Assembly (NCBI RefSeq): GCF_902713615.1
Contig: NC_052146.1
Span: 310,078,335 to 310,142,334 of the forward strand
Source: Scyliorhinus canicula
Lineage: Eukaryota
Length of the DNA: 64,000 bases
Reading direction: 5' to 3'
Part shown: one piece after another, positions 1 to 12,735 of the stretch
Position numbering within the stretch: position 1 is the stretch's first letter
Layout of the letters: each line of letters begins with the position of its first letter
Notes under the pieces: model-generated
What the model was told of the DNA's origin: nothing
Databases searched by the model: none
The model's input: the letters and a program-made list of their open reading frames with translations, nothing else
Position numbers and translations under genes: made by a program

Positions 1-512
1 GGCCCAATTAATTGGGGCCAAGTTCAAGGCCCACCCAAAAGCTCGCGAAGCCCCTTCGGGTATAAGAAGAAACCCCCGCGAGAGAATCGCTCTCTTGGAC
101 TTGGCTCTCAAAGTGGACAGACCCATCCACCATCTGCAGCAGAAGCAAGTGAGTCCAAGGTCAACGCTCGCTACCAGACGGACGACCTTAGCTGTTCTCC
201 TGTATACCTTTGAACCCAACAGCCTCAGATCCGAACAACGGCCATTGTTCCTCTGACTGAGTGGGCACCTGAAGCTAAGTATAGGCGTTAGTGTTAGAGA
301 TAGTTTAGTCTGTAGTATTTTGTGCATGCGAAGATATTATTGTGTGTGCAAATAAATGGTATTGACTTTGAATTAACTAACTGGTATATTGGCTCTTCAA
401 TCAGTATTCGGGTTTGAACCTTGTGGCGGTATCGACAGATACCTGGCGACTCTAAAACAAACGTAATTAGGATTAAGGAAGGTGACCATATTGACCGCCA
501 TATTTAGAACCA
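1..512 (+). mobile_element. LTR-like sequence (5' part outside window)
   Basis: TATA-like GGGTATAAGA at ~58-67, AATAAA at ~351, no coding capacity, layout typical of an LTR; right boundary approximate. Confidence 0.5.
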
Positions 513-559
513 GAGAAAGAGAGAATAGAGGTACTCTATTCTACGTTGGTACTTGTATT

Positions 560-1130
560 GCCTCAGTATATAGGTCCTAACTTTCCCTTATTCCAGACAC
601 TGGATTTTCACACACTGCTCCTCACACTGACCAGCCAATCAATTTACCAATTTCCTGTGTCCTTGAGTTTGTCGTCTTCCCCAAATGCTGCCTCACAGCA
701 GGTGAAATACTCATCAAGTAACTCGCTGCTCTCCTGTAGCAGAACAAGGCAACTTTCTGAAGGGTGGAAAAGTTACAGAGCAAATAAGCAACTCCTTCCC
801 CTCTGCACCGAATTCCCGCTTTGATCCAGATTCCTAAATATCCTCACTCAATCTGTACGCTTGAACGAGTCCCTTTCTCAAGCAGAGCTGTGAAGAGTCG
901 TCACACATAATTTCCTGTTTGTCGACACCTTTTCAGCATTGTTATTCTTATCTGATTAATCACTTTAACATTGTCATCCAACCAGCATTCATCTTTAAGG
1001 TCGTATTCCCTTATAAGGGATGACCTCCCCTTGTCCCCTTTGCTATTTTCATGCCTGGTGTTGGACATCTCACCCTTATTGTATTTATATTTCAACAAGG
1101 AAACGTGTGGTCTATGTTTCTACAGAAACG
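560..1130 (-). mobile_element. Degenerate CR1-type LINE RT fragment
   Basis: Minus-strand translation gives decayed CR1 ORF2-like text with multiple stops; weak. Confidence 0.45.
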
Positions 1131-1529
1131 TTTGCAACATGTGGTTGTGAAGGTTGACAGCTTGATCAGCGTTAGCTGCTGAAGTGAGCTGCACTCATAA
1201 ATTGACCAAATATAATGACCAGCAAGCCTCGCGATTGATCATGGCCCTCTTTTTATACTTCTGCACCGGGGGCTTCTGCCAGGGCCGGGGGGAGGGGCGG
1301 GAGGCGGCCAGGAGGTGGACTGTGGGGTCGGGGTGGACGGGCACGGAACATCATTGCTGCAGCCGGCAAGGCAGCCATGCAGCTAACAGCCCACTGTGAA
1401 CTTAGGGTCAGGGGATGTAGAGGTCCCTCCCCCAGAGAACCCCCTAGGTGCCCTCTGGCCCCAGCCGACCCATCAGCTGTGTGGACACGCTCCAGTACAA
1501 CCAGTGCCATCTTGTTGTCTGAGATAAGT

Positions 1530-3025
1530 GTGCGGGAGGAGTGTAATGTGTGTGTGTGGCTGGGATGAGTGTGTGTGGGGAGTGTAATGTGTGTGTGCGG
1601 CTGGGATGAGTGTGTGTGGGGAGTGTAATGTGTGTGTGCGGCTGGGATGAGTGTGTGTGGGGAGTGTAATGTGTGTGTGTTGCTGGGATGAGTGTGTGTG
1701 GGGAGTGTAATGTGTGTGTGCAGCTGGGATGAGTGTGTGTGGGGAGTGTAATGTGTGTGTGCGGCTGGGATGTGTGTGTGTGGGGAGTGTAATGTGTGTG
1801 TGCGACTGGGATGTGTGTGTGGGGAGTGTAAAGTGTGTGTGCGGCTGTGTTGAGTGTGTGTGGGGAGTGTAATGTGTGTGCGGCTGGGATGAGTGTGTGT
1901 GGGGAGTGTAATGTGTGTGTGCAGCTGGGATGAGTGTGTGTGAGGAGTGTAATGTGTGTGCGGCTGGGATGAGTGTGTGTGGGGCGTGTAATGAGTGTGT
2001 GCAGCTGGGATGAGTGTGTGTGGGGAGTGTAATGTGTGTGTGAGGCTGGGATGAGTGTGTGTGGGGTGTGTAATGTGTGTGTGCGGCTGGGATGAGTGTG
2101 TGTGGGGAGTGTAATGTGTGTGCGGCGGGATGAGTGTGTGTGGGGAGTGTAATGTGTGTGTGCGGCTGGGATGACTGTGTGTGGGGAGTGTAATGTGTGT
2201 GTGTGGCTGGGATGAGTGTGTGTGGGGAGTGTAATGTGTGTGTGGCTGGGATGAGTGTGTGTGGGGAGTGTAATGTGTGTGTGAGGCTGGGATGAGTGTG
2301 TGTGGGGAGTGTAGTGTGTGTGTGTGGCTGGGATGAGTGTGTGTGGGGAGTGTAATGTGTGTGTGCGGCTGGGATGAGTGTGTGTGGGGAGTGTAATGTG
2401 TGTGTGCGGCTGGGATGAGTGTGTGTGGGGAGTGTAATGTGTGTGTGCGGCTGGGATGAGTGTGTGTGGGGAGTGTAATGTGTGTGTGTGGCTGGGATGA
2501 GTGTGTGTGGGGAGCGTAATGTGTGTGTGCGGCTGGGATGAGTGTGTGTGGGGAGTGTAATGTGTGTGTGCGGCTGGGATGAGTGTGTGTGGGGAGTGTA
2601 ATGTGTGTGTGCGGCTGGGATGAGTGTGTGTGGGGAGTGTAATGTGTGTGTGCGGCTGGGATGAGTGTGTGTGGGGAGTGTAATGTGTGTGTGCGGCTGG
2701 GATGAGTGTGTGTGGGGAGTGTAATGTGTGTGTGCGGCTGGGATGAGTGTGTGTGGGGAGTGTAATGTGTGCGTGCGGCTGGGATGAGTGTGTGTGGGGA
2801 GTGTAATGTGTGTGTGCGGCTGGGATGAATGTGTGTGGGGAGTGTAATGTGTGTGTGCGGCTGGGATGAGTGTGTGCGGGGAGTGTAATGTGTATGTGCG
2901 GCTGGGATGAATGTGTGTGGGGAGTGTAATGTGTGTGTGTGGCTGGGATGAGTGTGTGTGGGGAGTGTAATGTGTGTGTGAGGCTGGGATGAGTGTGTGT
3001 GGGGAGTGTAATGTGTATGTGCGGC
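1530..3025. repeat. 41-bp GT-rich minisatellite (~36 copies)
   Basis: Unit GGGATGAGTGTGTGTGGGGAGTGTAATGTGTGTGTGCGGCT; explains the 526/547-aa His/Thr/Pro ORFs, whose period is 41 aa. Flanks (1184-1530, 3030-3190) are GC-rich and resemble Harbinger internal sequence. Confidence 0.97.
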
Positions 3026-3194
3026 TGCAGCTTGTCAGCCTCCCGAGTGTCAATCACGGTCCTGGCTAATCCTGCACCGTTTCTCACTGGAATCGATTGT
3101 GTTCCACGTGGTGCCGGTGCTGCCCCTCCACAGTCGCTGAATCGATCCAGGTTCGGCGTCAGTTTTGCTGTCGTGAAATTCCACTAATTCTGTG

Positions 3195-4247
3195 TTGGTG
3201 TCAACACTTAGTCTCAGAAACGGAGAATCCTGCCCAGGTCTCCCAAATGTGATTGAATTATTTGAGGAAGTGACTAGGTCTGTAGATGATTCAGTTGATG
3301 TCGTCTACATGGACTTCAGTAAGACTTTTGACAAAGTGCCACGCGATAGGCTGATGAAGAAGGTAAGAGCCCATGGGATCCAGGGCAATTTGTCCAATTG
3401 GATCCAAACCTGGCTCAGTGGTAGGAGGCGGAGGGTGATGATTGAAGGTTGTTTTTGTGACTGGAAATCTGTGTCCAGTGATGTTCCACTGGGATCGGTG
3501 CTGGGTCCCTTGTTGTTTGTCGTGTACATCAATGATCTGGATGTGAATGTAGGAGGTATGAAAGTAACTTCACAGATGACAACGAGGGATATTGTGAACC
3601 CCGTCAAAAAGAAAAATGAGGCTTTTGTACGGTCTAGAATGGTGGGGACAGTCAAAACCATTGAGGAGTATAAAGAAAGTTGGAAGGTACTTAAGCGTGA
3701 AATTAGGAGAGCTCGGAGGGGTCATGAAACGTCATTGGCAGGTAGAATTAAGGTGAATCTCAAAGCTTTTTATTCATATGTATAAAGCAAGAGGGTGGCC
3801 AAGGAAAGGATTGGACCACTTAAGGACAGTGGGAGGTATCTATGTGTTGAGCCAGAGGAAATGGACGAGTACTAAATGAATATTTTGCATCAGTATTCAC
3901 CAAAAAATAGGACTTTGTGGACGATTATTCTTGGTTGGGTGTGTGGACAGTCTGGGTCATGTTGACAGCGAAAAGGAAGGGATATTGAGTCTTTTAAAAT
4001 ATATTAAGGTAGATATGTCTTCTGGGCCAAATGGGATTTACCCCAGAATACTGAGGGGAGCAAGGGAGGAAATTGCTGGTGCCTTGACTGACATCTTTGT
4101 ATCCTCATTGGCTACAGGTGAGATCCCAGAGAACTGGCGAATAGCTAATGTGGTACGGCTTTTAAAGAAAAGTAGCAGGGATAATCCTGGAACCTATAGG
4201 CCGGTGAGCCTCACGTCAGTAGTAGCTAAACTGTTGGAGGGGATTTT
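3195..4247 (+). mobile_element. Old CR1 LINE ORF2 fragments (left part, interrupted by a younger CR1)
   Basis: VVYMDFSKTFDKVP, GSVLGPLLFVVYINDL, YRPVSLTSVV motifs with stops and frameshifts; two pieces joined out of order at ~3585. Confidence 0.9.
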
Positions 4248-7200
4248 AGAACATAGAACATAGAACGATACAGCGCAGTACAGGCCCTTCGGCCCTCGAT
4301 GTTGCACCGACATGGAAAAAAAAAACTAAAGGCCATCTAACCTACACTATGCCCTTATCATCCATATGCTTATCCAATAAATTTTTAAATGCCCTCAATG
4401 TTGGCGAGTTCACTACTGTTGCAGGTAGGGCATTCCACGGCCTCACCACTCTTTGCGTAAAAAACCCACCTCTGACCTCTGTCCTATATCTATTACCCCT
4501 CAATTTAAGGCTATGTCCCCTCGTGCTAGCCACCCCCATCCGCGGGAGAAGGCTCTCGCTGTCCACCCTATCTAACCCTCTGATCATTTTGTATGCCTCT
4601 ATTAAGTCACCTCTTAACCTTCTTCTCTCTAACGAAAACAACCTCAGGTCCATCAGCCTTTCCTCATAAGATTTTCCCTCCATACCAGGCAACATCCTGG
4701 TAAATCTCCTCTGCACCCGTTCCAAAGCTTCCACGTCCTTCCTATAATGAGGCGACCAGAACTGTACGCAATACTCCAAATGCGGCCGTACCAGAGTTTG
4801 GTACAGCTGCATCATGACCTCATGTCTCCGGAACTCAATCCCTCTACCAATAAAGGCCAACACACCATAGGCCTTCTTCACAACCCTATCAACCTGGGTG
4901 GCAACTTTCAGGGATCTATGTACATGGACACCGAGATCCCTCTGCTCATCCACACTACCAAGAATTTTACCATTAGCCAAATATTCCGCATTCCTGTTAT
5001 TCTTTCCAAAGTGAATCACCTCACACTTCTCCACATTAAACTCCATTTGCCACCTCTCAGCCCAGCTCTGCAGCTTATCTATGTCCCTCTGTAACCTGCA
5101 ACATCCTTCCGCACTGTCTACAACTCCACCGACTTTAGTGTCGTCTGCAAATTTACTCACCCATCCTTCTGCGCCCTCCTCTAGGTCATTTATAAAAATG
5201 ACAAACAGCAACGGCCCCAGAACAGATCCTTGTGGTACGCCACTCGTAACTGAACTCCATTCTGAACATTTCCCATCAACTACCACTCTCTGTCTTCTTT
5301 CAACTAGCCAATTTCTGATCCACATCTCTAAATCACCCTCAATCCCCAGCCTCCGTATTTTCTGCAATAGCCGACCGTGGGGAACCTTATCAAACGCTTT
5401 ACTGAAATCCATATACACCACATCAACTGCTCTACCCTCGTCTACCTGTTCAGTCACCTTCTCAAAGAACTCGATAAGGTTTGTGAGGCATGACCTACCC
5501 TTCACAAAACCATGCTGACTATCCCTAATCATATTATTCCTATCTAGATGATTATAAATCGTATCTTTTATAATCCTCTCCAAGACTTTACCCACCACAG
5601 ACGTTAGGCTCACCGGCCTATAGTTAGCGGGGTTATCTCTACTCCCCTTCTTGAACAAAGGGACCACATTTGCTATCCTCCAGTCCTCTGGCACTATTCC
5701 TGTAGCCAATGATGACCTAAAAATCAAAGCCAAAGGCTCAGCAATCTCTTCCCTGGCTTCCCAGAGAATCCTAGGATAAATCCCATCCGGCCCCGGGGAC
5801 TTATCTATTTTCACCTTGTCCAGAATTGCCAACACTTCTTCCCTACGCACCTCAATGCCATCTATTCTAATAGCCTGGGTCTCAGCATTCTCCTCCACAA
5901 TATTATCTTTTTCTTGAGTGAATACTGACGAAAAGTATTCATTTAGTATCTCGCTTATCTCCTCAGCCTCCACACACAACTTCCCACCACTGTCCTTGAC
6001 TGGCCCTACTCTTACCCTAGTCATTCTTTTATTCCTGACATACCTATAGAAAGCTTTTGGGTTTTCCTTGATCCTACCTGCCAAAGACTTCTCATGTCCC
6101 CTCCTTGCTCGTCTCAGCTCTCTCTTTAGATCCTTCCTCGCTTCCTTGTAACTATCAAGCGCCCCAACTGAAACTTCACGCCTCATCTTCACATAGGCCT
6201 CCTTCTTCCTCTTAACAAGAGATTCCACTTCTTTGGTAAACCACGGTTCCCTCGCTCGACCCCTTCCTCCCTGCCTGACTGGTACGTACTTATCAAGAAC
6301 ATGCAATAGCTGTTCCTTGAACAAGCTCCACATATCCAGTGTGCCCAACCCTTGCAGCCTACTTCTCCAACCAACACATCCTAAGTCATGTCTAATGGCA
6401 TCATAATTGCCCTTCCCCCAGCTATAACTCTTGCCCTGCGGGGTATACTTATCCCTTTCCATCACTAACGTAAAGGTCACCGAATTGTGGTCACTGTCTC
6501 CAAAGTGTTCACCTACCTCCAGATCTAACACCTGGCCTGGTTCATTACCCAAAACCAAATCCAAAGTGGCCTCACCTCTTGTTGGCCTGTCAACATATTG
6601 TGTCAGAAAACCCTCCTGCACACATTGTACAAAGAACGACCCATCCAATGTACTCGAACTATATCTTTTCCAGTCAATATTAGGAAAGTTAAAGTCTCCC
6701 ATAACAACTACCCTGTTACTTTCGCTCTTTTCCAGAATCATCTTCGCCATCCTTTCCTCTACATCTCTAGAACTATTAGGTGGCCTATAGAAAACTCCCA
6801 ACAGGGTGACCTCTCCTTTCCTGTTTCTAACCTCAGCCCATACTACCTCGGAAGTAGAGTCCCCATCTTGCATCCTTTCTGCCACCGTAATACTGTCCTT
6901 GACTAGCAGCGCCACACCTCCCCCTCTTTTGCCCCCTTCTCTGACCTTACTAAAGCACCTAAACCCAGGGACCTGCAACAACCATTCCTGTCCCTGCTCT
7001 ATCCATGTCTCTGAAATGGCCACAACATCGAAGTCCCAGGTACCAACCCATGCTGCCAGTTCCCCTACCTTATTTCGTATACTCCTGGCATTGAAATAGA
7101 CACACTTCAAACCACAGACCTGAACACTGCCGCCCTCCTGCGAAGTCAAATCTGTGCTCCTGACCTCTCTACTCTCAATCTCTCGCACCCCAAAACTACA

Positions 7201-7390
7201 ATCCAGGTTCCCATGCCCCTGCTGAATTAGTTTAAACCCCCCCAAAGAGTACTAACAAATCTCCCCCCCAGGATATTGGTGCCCCTCAGGTTCAGATGTA
7301 GACCATCCTGTCTATAGAGGTCCCACCTTCCCCAGAAAGAGCCCCAGTTATCCAGAAATCTGAATCCCTCCCGCCTGCACCATCCCTTTT
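4248..7390 (-). mobile_element. Young CR1 LINE, 5'-truncated inside ORF1, with intact ORF2
   Basis: 3' tail of (AGAACAT)n tandem repeats at ~4248-4266; ORF1 C-terminal SGNH-esterase-like motif (DGLHLNLRG) at 7227-7390; inserted antisense into an older CR1 whose reading resumes at ~7391. Confidence 0.96.
4342..7245 (-). CDS. CR1 ORF2: APE endonuclease plus reverse transcriptase, 967 aa, uninterrupted
   Basis: APE motifs FNARS, SETW, MGDFN, SDH; RT motifs YRPVSLTS, DFSKAFD, GVPQGSVLGP, FADD; no stops or frameshifts in the ORF track. Confidence 0.95.
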   Translation of the reverse strand: MGGFKLIQQGHGNLDCSFGVREIESREVRSTDLTSQEGGSVQVCGLKCVYFNARSIRNKVGELAAWVGTWDFDVVAISETWIEQGQEWLLQVPGFRCFSKVREGGKRGGGVALLVKDSITVAERMQDGDSTSEVVWAEVRNRKGEVTLLGVFYRPPNSSRDVEERMAKMILEKSESNRVVVMGDFNFPNIDWKRYSSSTLDGSFFVQCVQEGFLTQYVDRPTRGEATLDLVLGNEPGQVLDLEVGEHFGDSDHNSVTFTLVMERDKYTPQGKSYSWGKGNYDAIRHDLGCVGWRSRLQGLGTLDMWSLFKEQLLHVLDKYVPVRQGGRGRAREPWFTKEVESLVKRKKEAYVKMRREVSVGALDSYKEARKDLKRELRRARRGHEKSLAGRIKENPKAFYRYVRNKRMTRVRVGPVKDSGGKLCVEAEEISEILNEYFSSVFTQEKDNIVEENAETQAIRIDGIEVRREEVLAILDKVKIDKSPGPDGIYPRILWEAREEIAEPLALIFRSSLATGIVPEDWRIANVVPLFKKGSRDNPANYRPVSLTSVVGKVLERIIKDTIYNHLDRNNMIRDSQHGFVKGRSCLTNLIEFFEKVTEQVDEGRAVDVVYMDFSKAFDKVPHGRLLQKIRRLGIEGDLEMWIRNWLVERRQRVVVDGKCSEWSSVTSGVPQGSVLGPLLFVIFINDLEEGAEGWVSKFADDTKVGGVVDSAEGCCRLQRDIDKLQSWAERWQMEFNVEKCEVIHFGKNNRNAEYLANGKILGSVDEQRDLGVHVHRSLKVATQVDRVVKKAYGVLAFIGRGIEFRRHEVMMQLYQTLVRPHLEYCVQFWSPHYRKDVEALERVQRRFTRMLPGMEGKSYEERLMDLRLFSLERRRLRGDLIEAYKMIRGLDRVDSESLLPRMGVASTRGHSLKLRGNRYRTEVRGGFFTQRVVRPWNALPATVVNSPTLRAFKNLLDKHMDDKGIV

Positions 7391-8935
7391 CAAGGACAGA
7401 TTTACACCCATTTATAAACAAATCACTCATTAGCGACAGACAGCATGGTTTTGTGAAGGGGAGGTCGTGCCTCACTAAATTGATTGAGTTTTTTGAGGAG
7501 GTGACAAAGATGATTGATGAGGGGAGGGTGATGGATGTTGTTTATATGGACTTCAGTAAAGCCTTTGACAAGGTGCTTCATGGCAGACTGGGACAAAAGG
7601 TGAAGTCACACGGGATCAGATGTGATGTGGTAAGATGGATACAGAACTGACTCGGTCACAGAAGGCAAAGGTAGCAGTAGAAGGGTGTTTTTCTGAATGG
7701 AATTTTGGGACTAGTGGTGTTCCACAGGGATCTGTGATGGGGCCTCTGTTGTTTGGAGTATACATAAACGATTTGGAGGAAAATGTAGCTGGTCTGATTA
7801 GTAAGTTTGCGGATGACACCAAGGATTGGCAGATAGTGTTGAGGATTGTCGGAAGATACAGGAGGACATAGATAGGTTGGAGACTTGGGCAGAGAAATGG
7901 CAAATGGAGTTTAATCCAGACAAATGTGAGTTAATGCATTTTGGTAGGTCTAACATAGGGCAGAAATATACCATAATGGTAAACTCTGAGGAATATAGAA
8001 AGATAGAGAGATCTGGGTGAGCTGGTCCACAGATCTTTGAATGTGGCAACACAAGTACACAAGGTAGTCAAGAAAGCAGATGGAATTCTTGCCTTCATTG
8101 GATGGGGCACAGAGTATAATAACTGGCAAGTCATGCTGCATTTGAATGGAACTTTGGCAAGGCTGCTCTTGGAATATTGTGCACAATTATGGTTGCCCCA
8201 CTACCAGAAGGATGTGGAGGATTTGGAGAGGGTGCAATGGTGGTTTACCAGGATGTTGCCTGATCTGGAGGGTGTTTGCTGTGCAGAGAGACTGAATTGA
8301 CTCGGACTGTTTTCATTAGAACCCCAAGGTTGTGGTGACCTGATAGAGGTCTGCAAGATCATGACAGGCATGGATAGAGTGGATGGGGAGGCACTCTTTC
8401 CCAGGGTAGAGGGGTTAGTCGCCAGGCGGTATAGGTTTAAGGTCTGTGGGCAAAGGTTAGAGGAGATGTGAGAGGCAGGGTTCTGTACGCAGAGGGTGTT
8501 GCCAGGGGAGGTTGTGGAAGTCGATACATTAATGGCGTTCAAAAGGCAAATTGACAAATACATGAATAGGATGGGTATAGAGGGATACGGCACGAGGAAA
8601 TGCTGATGGTTTTGGCCAAAGTTAGTATCATTACCGGGACAGGCTGGTTAGATGGGCAGAAGAGTGGCAAATGGAATTGAACCATGAAAAGTGTGAGGTG
8701 ATGTATTTTGGGAGGACTAACAAGGCAAGGGAATATCCAATGAATGGTCGGATCCTGGGAAGTAGAGAGGATCAAAGGGACCTTGGTGTGCAGGTTCACA
8801 GATCTCAGAAGGCAGCAGGAGAGGTTGGTAAGGTGGTTAAGAAGGACAATGGGATTCTTGTCTTTATTAACCGAGGCATTGAACAGAAGAGCAGGGAGGT
8901 TGTGCTGGAGCTGTATAAAACGCTGGTTAGGCCCC
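7391..8935 (+). mobile_element. Old CR1 LINE ORF2 fragments (right part)
   Basis: KGRSCLT, DFSKAFDKV, GVPQGSVMGP, FADDTK, LEYCAQLW motifs across several frames. Confidence 0.9.
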
Positions 8936-9085
8936 AGGAGGAAACAGGAAACATCCGGAGGAAACGTACGTAGACACGGGGAGAACTTGCAGACTCCACA
9001 CAGACAGTGACCCAAGCCTGGAATCGAACCTGGGAACCTGGCACTATGAAGCAACAGTGCTAACCACTGTGCTCCCGTGCCTCCC
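8936..9085 (-). mobile_element. tRNA-derived SINE (HE1/V-SINE-like)
   Basis: Reverse strand shows an A-box-like GGAGCACAGTGG and B-box GGTTCGATTCC followed by the V-SINE core GGGTCACTGTCTGTGTGGAGT. Confidence 0.85.
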
Positions 9086-9377
9086 ACAGAGTGGGAAAAA
9101 TGAAGTAAAACGTCTTGGACATTACAGCCTGGAATACACTTGCTGTTGGGAGGAGGTTCTGGTGTAACTGGTGATTTTGTGGTTTCTAGGATGTGGTTTG
9201 CTGCTGTCTATATTTAACACCCTGGATTCCTGTCTGATCTGAGCCCTCTGTGTGGGCCTTTCCTGAGGCTGATGACAGCTTCTTATCACCATCAGTAACA
9301 ACGTTCTGTGTAGATGTGTGAGCTCATGGCCTGCAGTTTCTGTGGGTTGAACAGTGTTCAGAATATGTTTCAGACGC

Positions 9378-9935
9378 ATTAACATAGAACATAGAACATT
9401 ACAGCGCAGTACGGGCCCTTCGGCCCTCGATGTTGCGCCGACCTGTGAAACCATCTGAAGCCTATCTGACCTACACTATTCCATTTTCACCCATGTGTCT
9501 ATCCAGTGACCACTTAAATGCCCTTAAAGTTGGCGAGTCTACTACTGTTGCAGGCAGGGCGTTCCACACCCCTACTACTCTCTGAGTAAAGAAACTGCCT
9601 CTGACATCTGTCCTATATCTATCACCCCTCAATTTAAAGCTATGTCCCCTCGTGTTGGTCATCACCATCCGAGGAAAAAGACTCTCACTGTCCACCCTAT
9701 CTAACACTCTGACTATCTTAAATGTCTCTATTAAGTCACCTCTCAGCCTTCTCCTCTCTAATGAAAACAACCTCAAGTCCCTGAGCCTTTCCTCGTAAGA
9801 CCTTCCCTCCATACCAGGCAACATCCTAGTGAATCTCCTCTGAACCCTTTCCAAAGCTTCCACATCCTTCCTATAATGTGGTGACCAGAACTGCACGCAG
9901 TACTCCAGGAGCGGCCGCACCAGAGTTATGTACAT
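9378..9935 (-). mobile_element. Short 5'-truncated CR1 3' end, same family as 4248-7390
   Basis: (AGAACAT)n tail plus ORF2 C-terminus LEYCVQFWSPHYRKDVEALERVQRR; nearly identical to 37862-38430. Confidence 0.93.
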
Positions 9936-10836
9936 TAAGGACACATTTGAATTAGTAATGAGCAATGGGCCAGAATTCATCAATAATCTGGTTCTAAAAG
10001 AAAGAAAGATTTGTATTTATGCAGCACTTTGCACATCTACTCGACATCTCAACGTGCTTTCCAGCCAATGATGTTCTTTTGAAGTGTAGTCACTGTTTTA
10101 ATGTAGGAAAGAGCAACCATTCAGATGAACACTTGGAACACCGCAACGTACAAGGCTACGGATCAAGTGCTGGAGAATGGGGTTAGAATAGATAGGTGCT
10201 TGATGGACAGCACGGAGATGATGGGCTGAAGGGCCTCTTTCCGTGCTGTAAAAACTCTGTGACTCTGTGAATTTGCAGAATGTATATTAGAGGCAGAATA
10301 TCACAGACCGAGATTCTCCACAATTCCACAACAAGGACTGGGGAAAGCAGAAAGCTGGAATATTACTTTTGTAATTGGAGTGTTTTTTATGAATGTATTT
10401 AAAGAGCTGTTGGAACCTAGAGCGGACCCAACAGGACAGAGTGATGTTGCTGCTGAATACACTGCTCATTACTGAGACTGGATTTCAGGGGAAAATACAA
10501 CACACAAAATATATTTGACAATTCAACTGATTTTCATATTTTCTTCACTGAAACTAATCTAACCTTCGGTATCTCTGATCTCCCCGTCTGATTGTTTCAA
10601 ACTGGATTCAGCATTCCAGGATTTCAAGATGAACGGGGTATAATTTCAATCTGATGTTTCTCCTGAGATTTTGCAAAATATTTGTACCAAATCCCTCGTG
10701 TGCTTTTCTCATACAAAATTGGCCTTGTTAAATCAGGCAGAAAAGAACTCCCAATAAGAATGAAGATATATTTTTCCCACCCCCATCTCTACAGGACACT
10801 GTGGAGGGTCCACACTCTGCAATCACCCTTGGATCA

Positions 10837-11033
10837 TCACAATATCACAAGGACAGTGAGGTTCCACTTTGATGCAGAAAATGGTGTTTCCCCTTTCTGG
10901 CCCGGTTTGCACTTCTTGTTGTGAGAAGGCAGGACTGAACTCTGGAAGATTAAACAATCACATTCCCGGCAGAGAGCGGCAGATTGGGAGATGATGAGGA
11001 TGTTCCTCACTATATTCTGTCTGTGAAACAGAT
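10837..11033 (-). CDS. Putative exon 2 of duplicated small-protein gene, copy A
   Basis: Acceptor CTCTCACCAG|AT; phase 1 matches leader exon 12310-12361; reads DLFHRQNIVRNILIISQSAALCRECDCLIFQSSVLPSHNKKCKPGQKGETPFSASKWNLTVLVIL*. No recognisable domain. Confidence 0.35.
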
Positions 11034-11089
11034 CTGGTGAGAGTACAGGCTGACATTCTACAGCAGCAGTGAAACTAAGCACAGACTCA

Positions 11090-12000
11090 CAGAATCACAC
11101 AGTGCAGAAGAGGCCCTTTGGCCCATCGAGTCTGTACCAACACATGAAAAACACCTGACCTGCCGACCTAATCCCATTTACCAGCACTTGGCCCATAGCC
11201 TTGAATGTTATGACGTGCTAAGTGCCCATCCAGGCACTTTTTAAAGGATATGAGACAACCCGCCTCTACCACCCTCCCAGGCAGTGTGTTCCAGACCGTC
11301 ACCACCCTCTGAGTAGAGAGGTTTTTCCTCAAATCCCCTCCAAACCTCCTGCCCCTCACCTTGAACTTGTATCTCCTCATAACTGACCCTTCAACGAAGG
11401 GGAACAGCAGCTCCCTATCCACTCTGTCCATGCCCCTCATAATCCTGTCCACCTCGATCAAGTCACCCCCAGTCGTCTCTGCTCCAGAGAAAGCAACCCA
11501 ACCCTATCCAACCTCTCTTCATAACTTAAACGTTCCATCCCAGGTGATATCCTGTTGAATCTCCTCTGCACCTCCTCCAGTACAATCATCCTTCCTGCAA
11601 TGTGGCGATTAGAATTACACACAGTACTCCAGCTATGGCCTCACCAAAGGTCTGTACAACTCCAACATGACCTCCCTGCTTCTTTAATTGATGCCTCGAT
11701 TGATAAAGGCAAGTGTCCCATATGGATTTTTCCCACCCTATCAGCCTGCGCTTCAGCCTTCAGAGATCTATGGACAAACACGGCAAGGTCCCTTTGTTCC
11801 TCGGAACTTCCCAGTGTCAGGCCATCCATTTCATATTTCTTTGTCACATTACTCCTTCCAAAGTGTAATCACCTCACACTTTTCAGGGTTGAATTCCAGC
11901 TGCTGCTTTTTTGCCTATTTGACCATCCCGTCTGTATCTTTCTGTAACCCAAGACACTCAAACTCACTGTTAATGCCCCGGCTAATCTTTGTGTCACCCA
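11090..12000 (-). mobile_element. Degenerate CR1 LINE 3' fragment
   Basis: ORF2 C-terminal motifs (DLIEVDRIMRGMDRVD, QRVVTVWNTLP) and CR1 3' UTR. Confidence 0.85.
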
Positions 12001-12309
12001 CTTAACGTGCCGATTAATTCAACCACCCCAAATACATCCACTTAATGTGCAGGCTGTCACTCAAACCCATTGTTACATTAAATGTACAACAGAGAAGAAT
12101 GGGAAAACCAAGTTTTCCGACCAGTGTTCCCAGTCTGTGCAACTGGTGCACTAAACATTCTCAATATGGTGATAAATTCTGCTGTAACTCTCATGTCCAG
12201 TTTGAATGTTCTAACTCTAGAATTCACACAAGTTACAGGTGCAGAGACACCGGAACACAAAGCTTATAACAACTTAACTTCTTCACACCAAACTAAAACT
12301 TGTACTTAC

Positions 12310-12361
12310 CCCCAGAAACACAGAGTGACAGAGTCACAACAAAAAGAGTTTTACTGATCAT
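12310..12361 (-). CDS. Signal-peptide (leader) exon, copy A: MISKTLFVVTLSLCVSG
   Basis: ATG, 17 codons with hydrophobic core plus 1 nt, consensus donor G|GTAAGT (phase 1, typical of IgSF leaders); same peptide as the copy at 30200-30251. Confidence 0.7.
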
Positions 12362-12492
12362 CTCAACAGGATGATCCTCTTTATCCACACCGTTTATTGC
12401 ATGTCCAGTAAATACATTGAAACACAAAGTGTCCCAGCCGACAGAAGCTTCTTTAATCTCCTTTTACACAGGAGGGAATGAAGTTAAAGAGG

Positions 12493-12735
12493 TGTGGTGA
12501 GATAACCACTGTAGTTATGTGTACTGCAGTAGGGGGATGTATGCCTGTACCTGTAATACAGGTTCCTCCGGTCAGCCCCTGCCGGCTAGCTCCGCCCACA
12601 GGGAGCTTATGTATAAATGTATGAGAGCTGCTCAGACCCTCAGTCTACAGTTGCGGATGGAGGGACAACATCGTACAGCAATAAAGCCTCTATTGTACTA
12701 GTCTCTCGGCTTTGAGTATAATTGTTAGCGCCACA
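12493..12735 (+). mobile_element. Solo LTR with 5-bp target-site duplication AGAGG
   Basis: TGTGG...CCACA inverted termini; AGAGG at 12488-12492 and 12736-12740; TATAAA-like box ~12612; AATAAA ~12680; absent from the paralogous segment at ~30065. Confidence 0.93.

Noticed and set aside
1444-3087. 547-aa and 526-aa His/Thr/Pro-rich ORFs
   Set aside because: Stop-free translations of a 41-bp minisatellite (41-aa period); not a gene.
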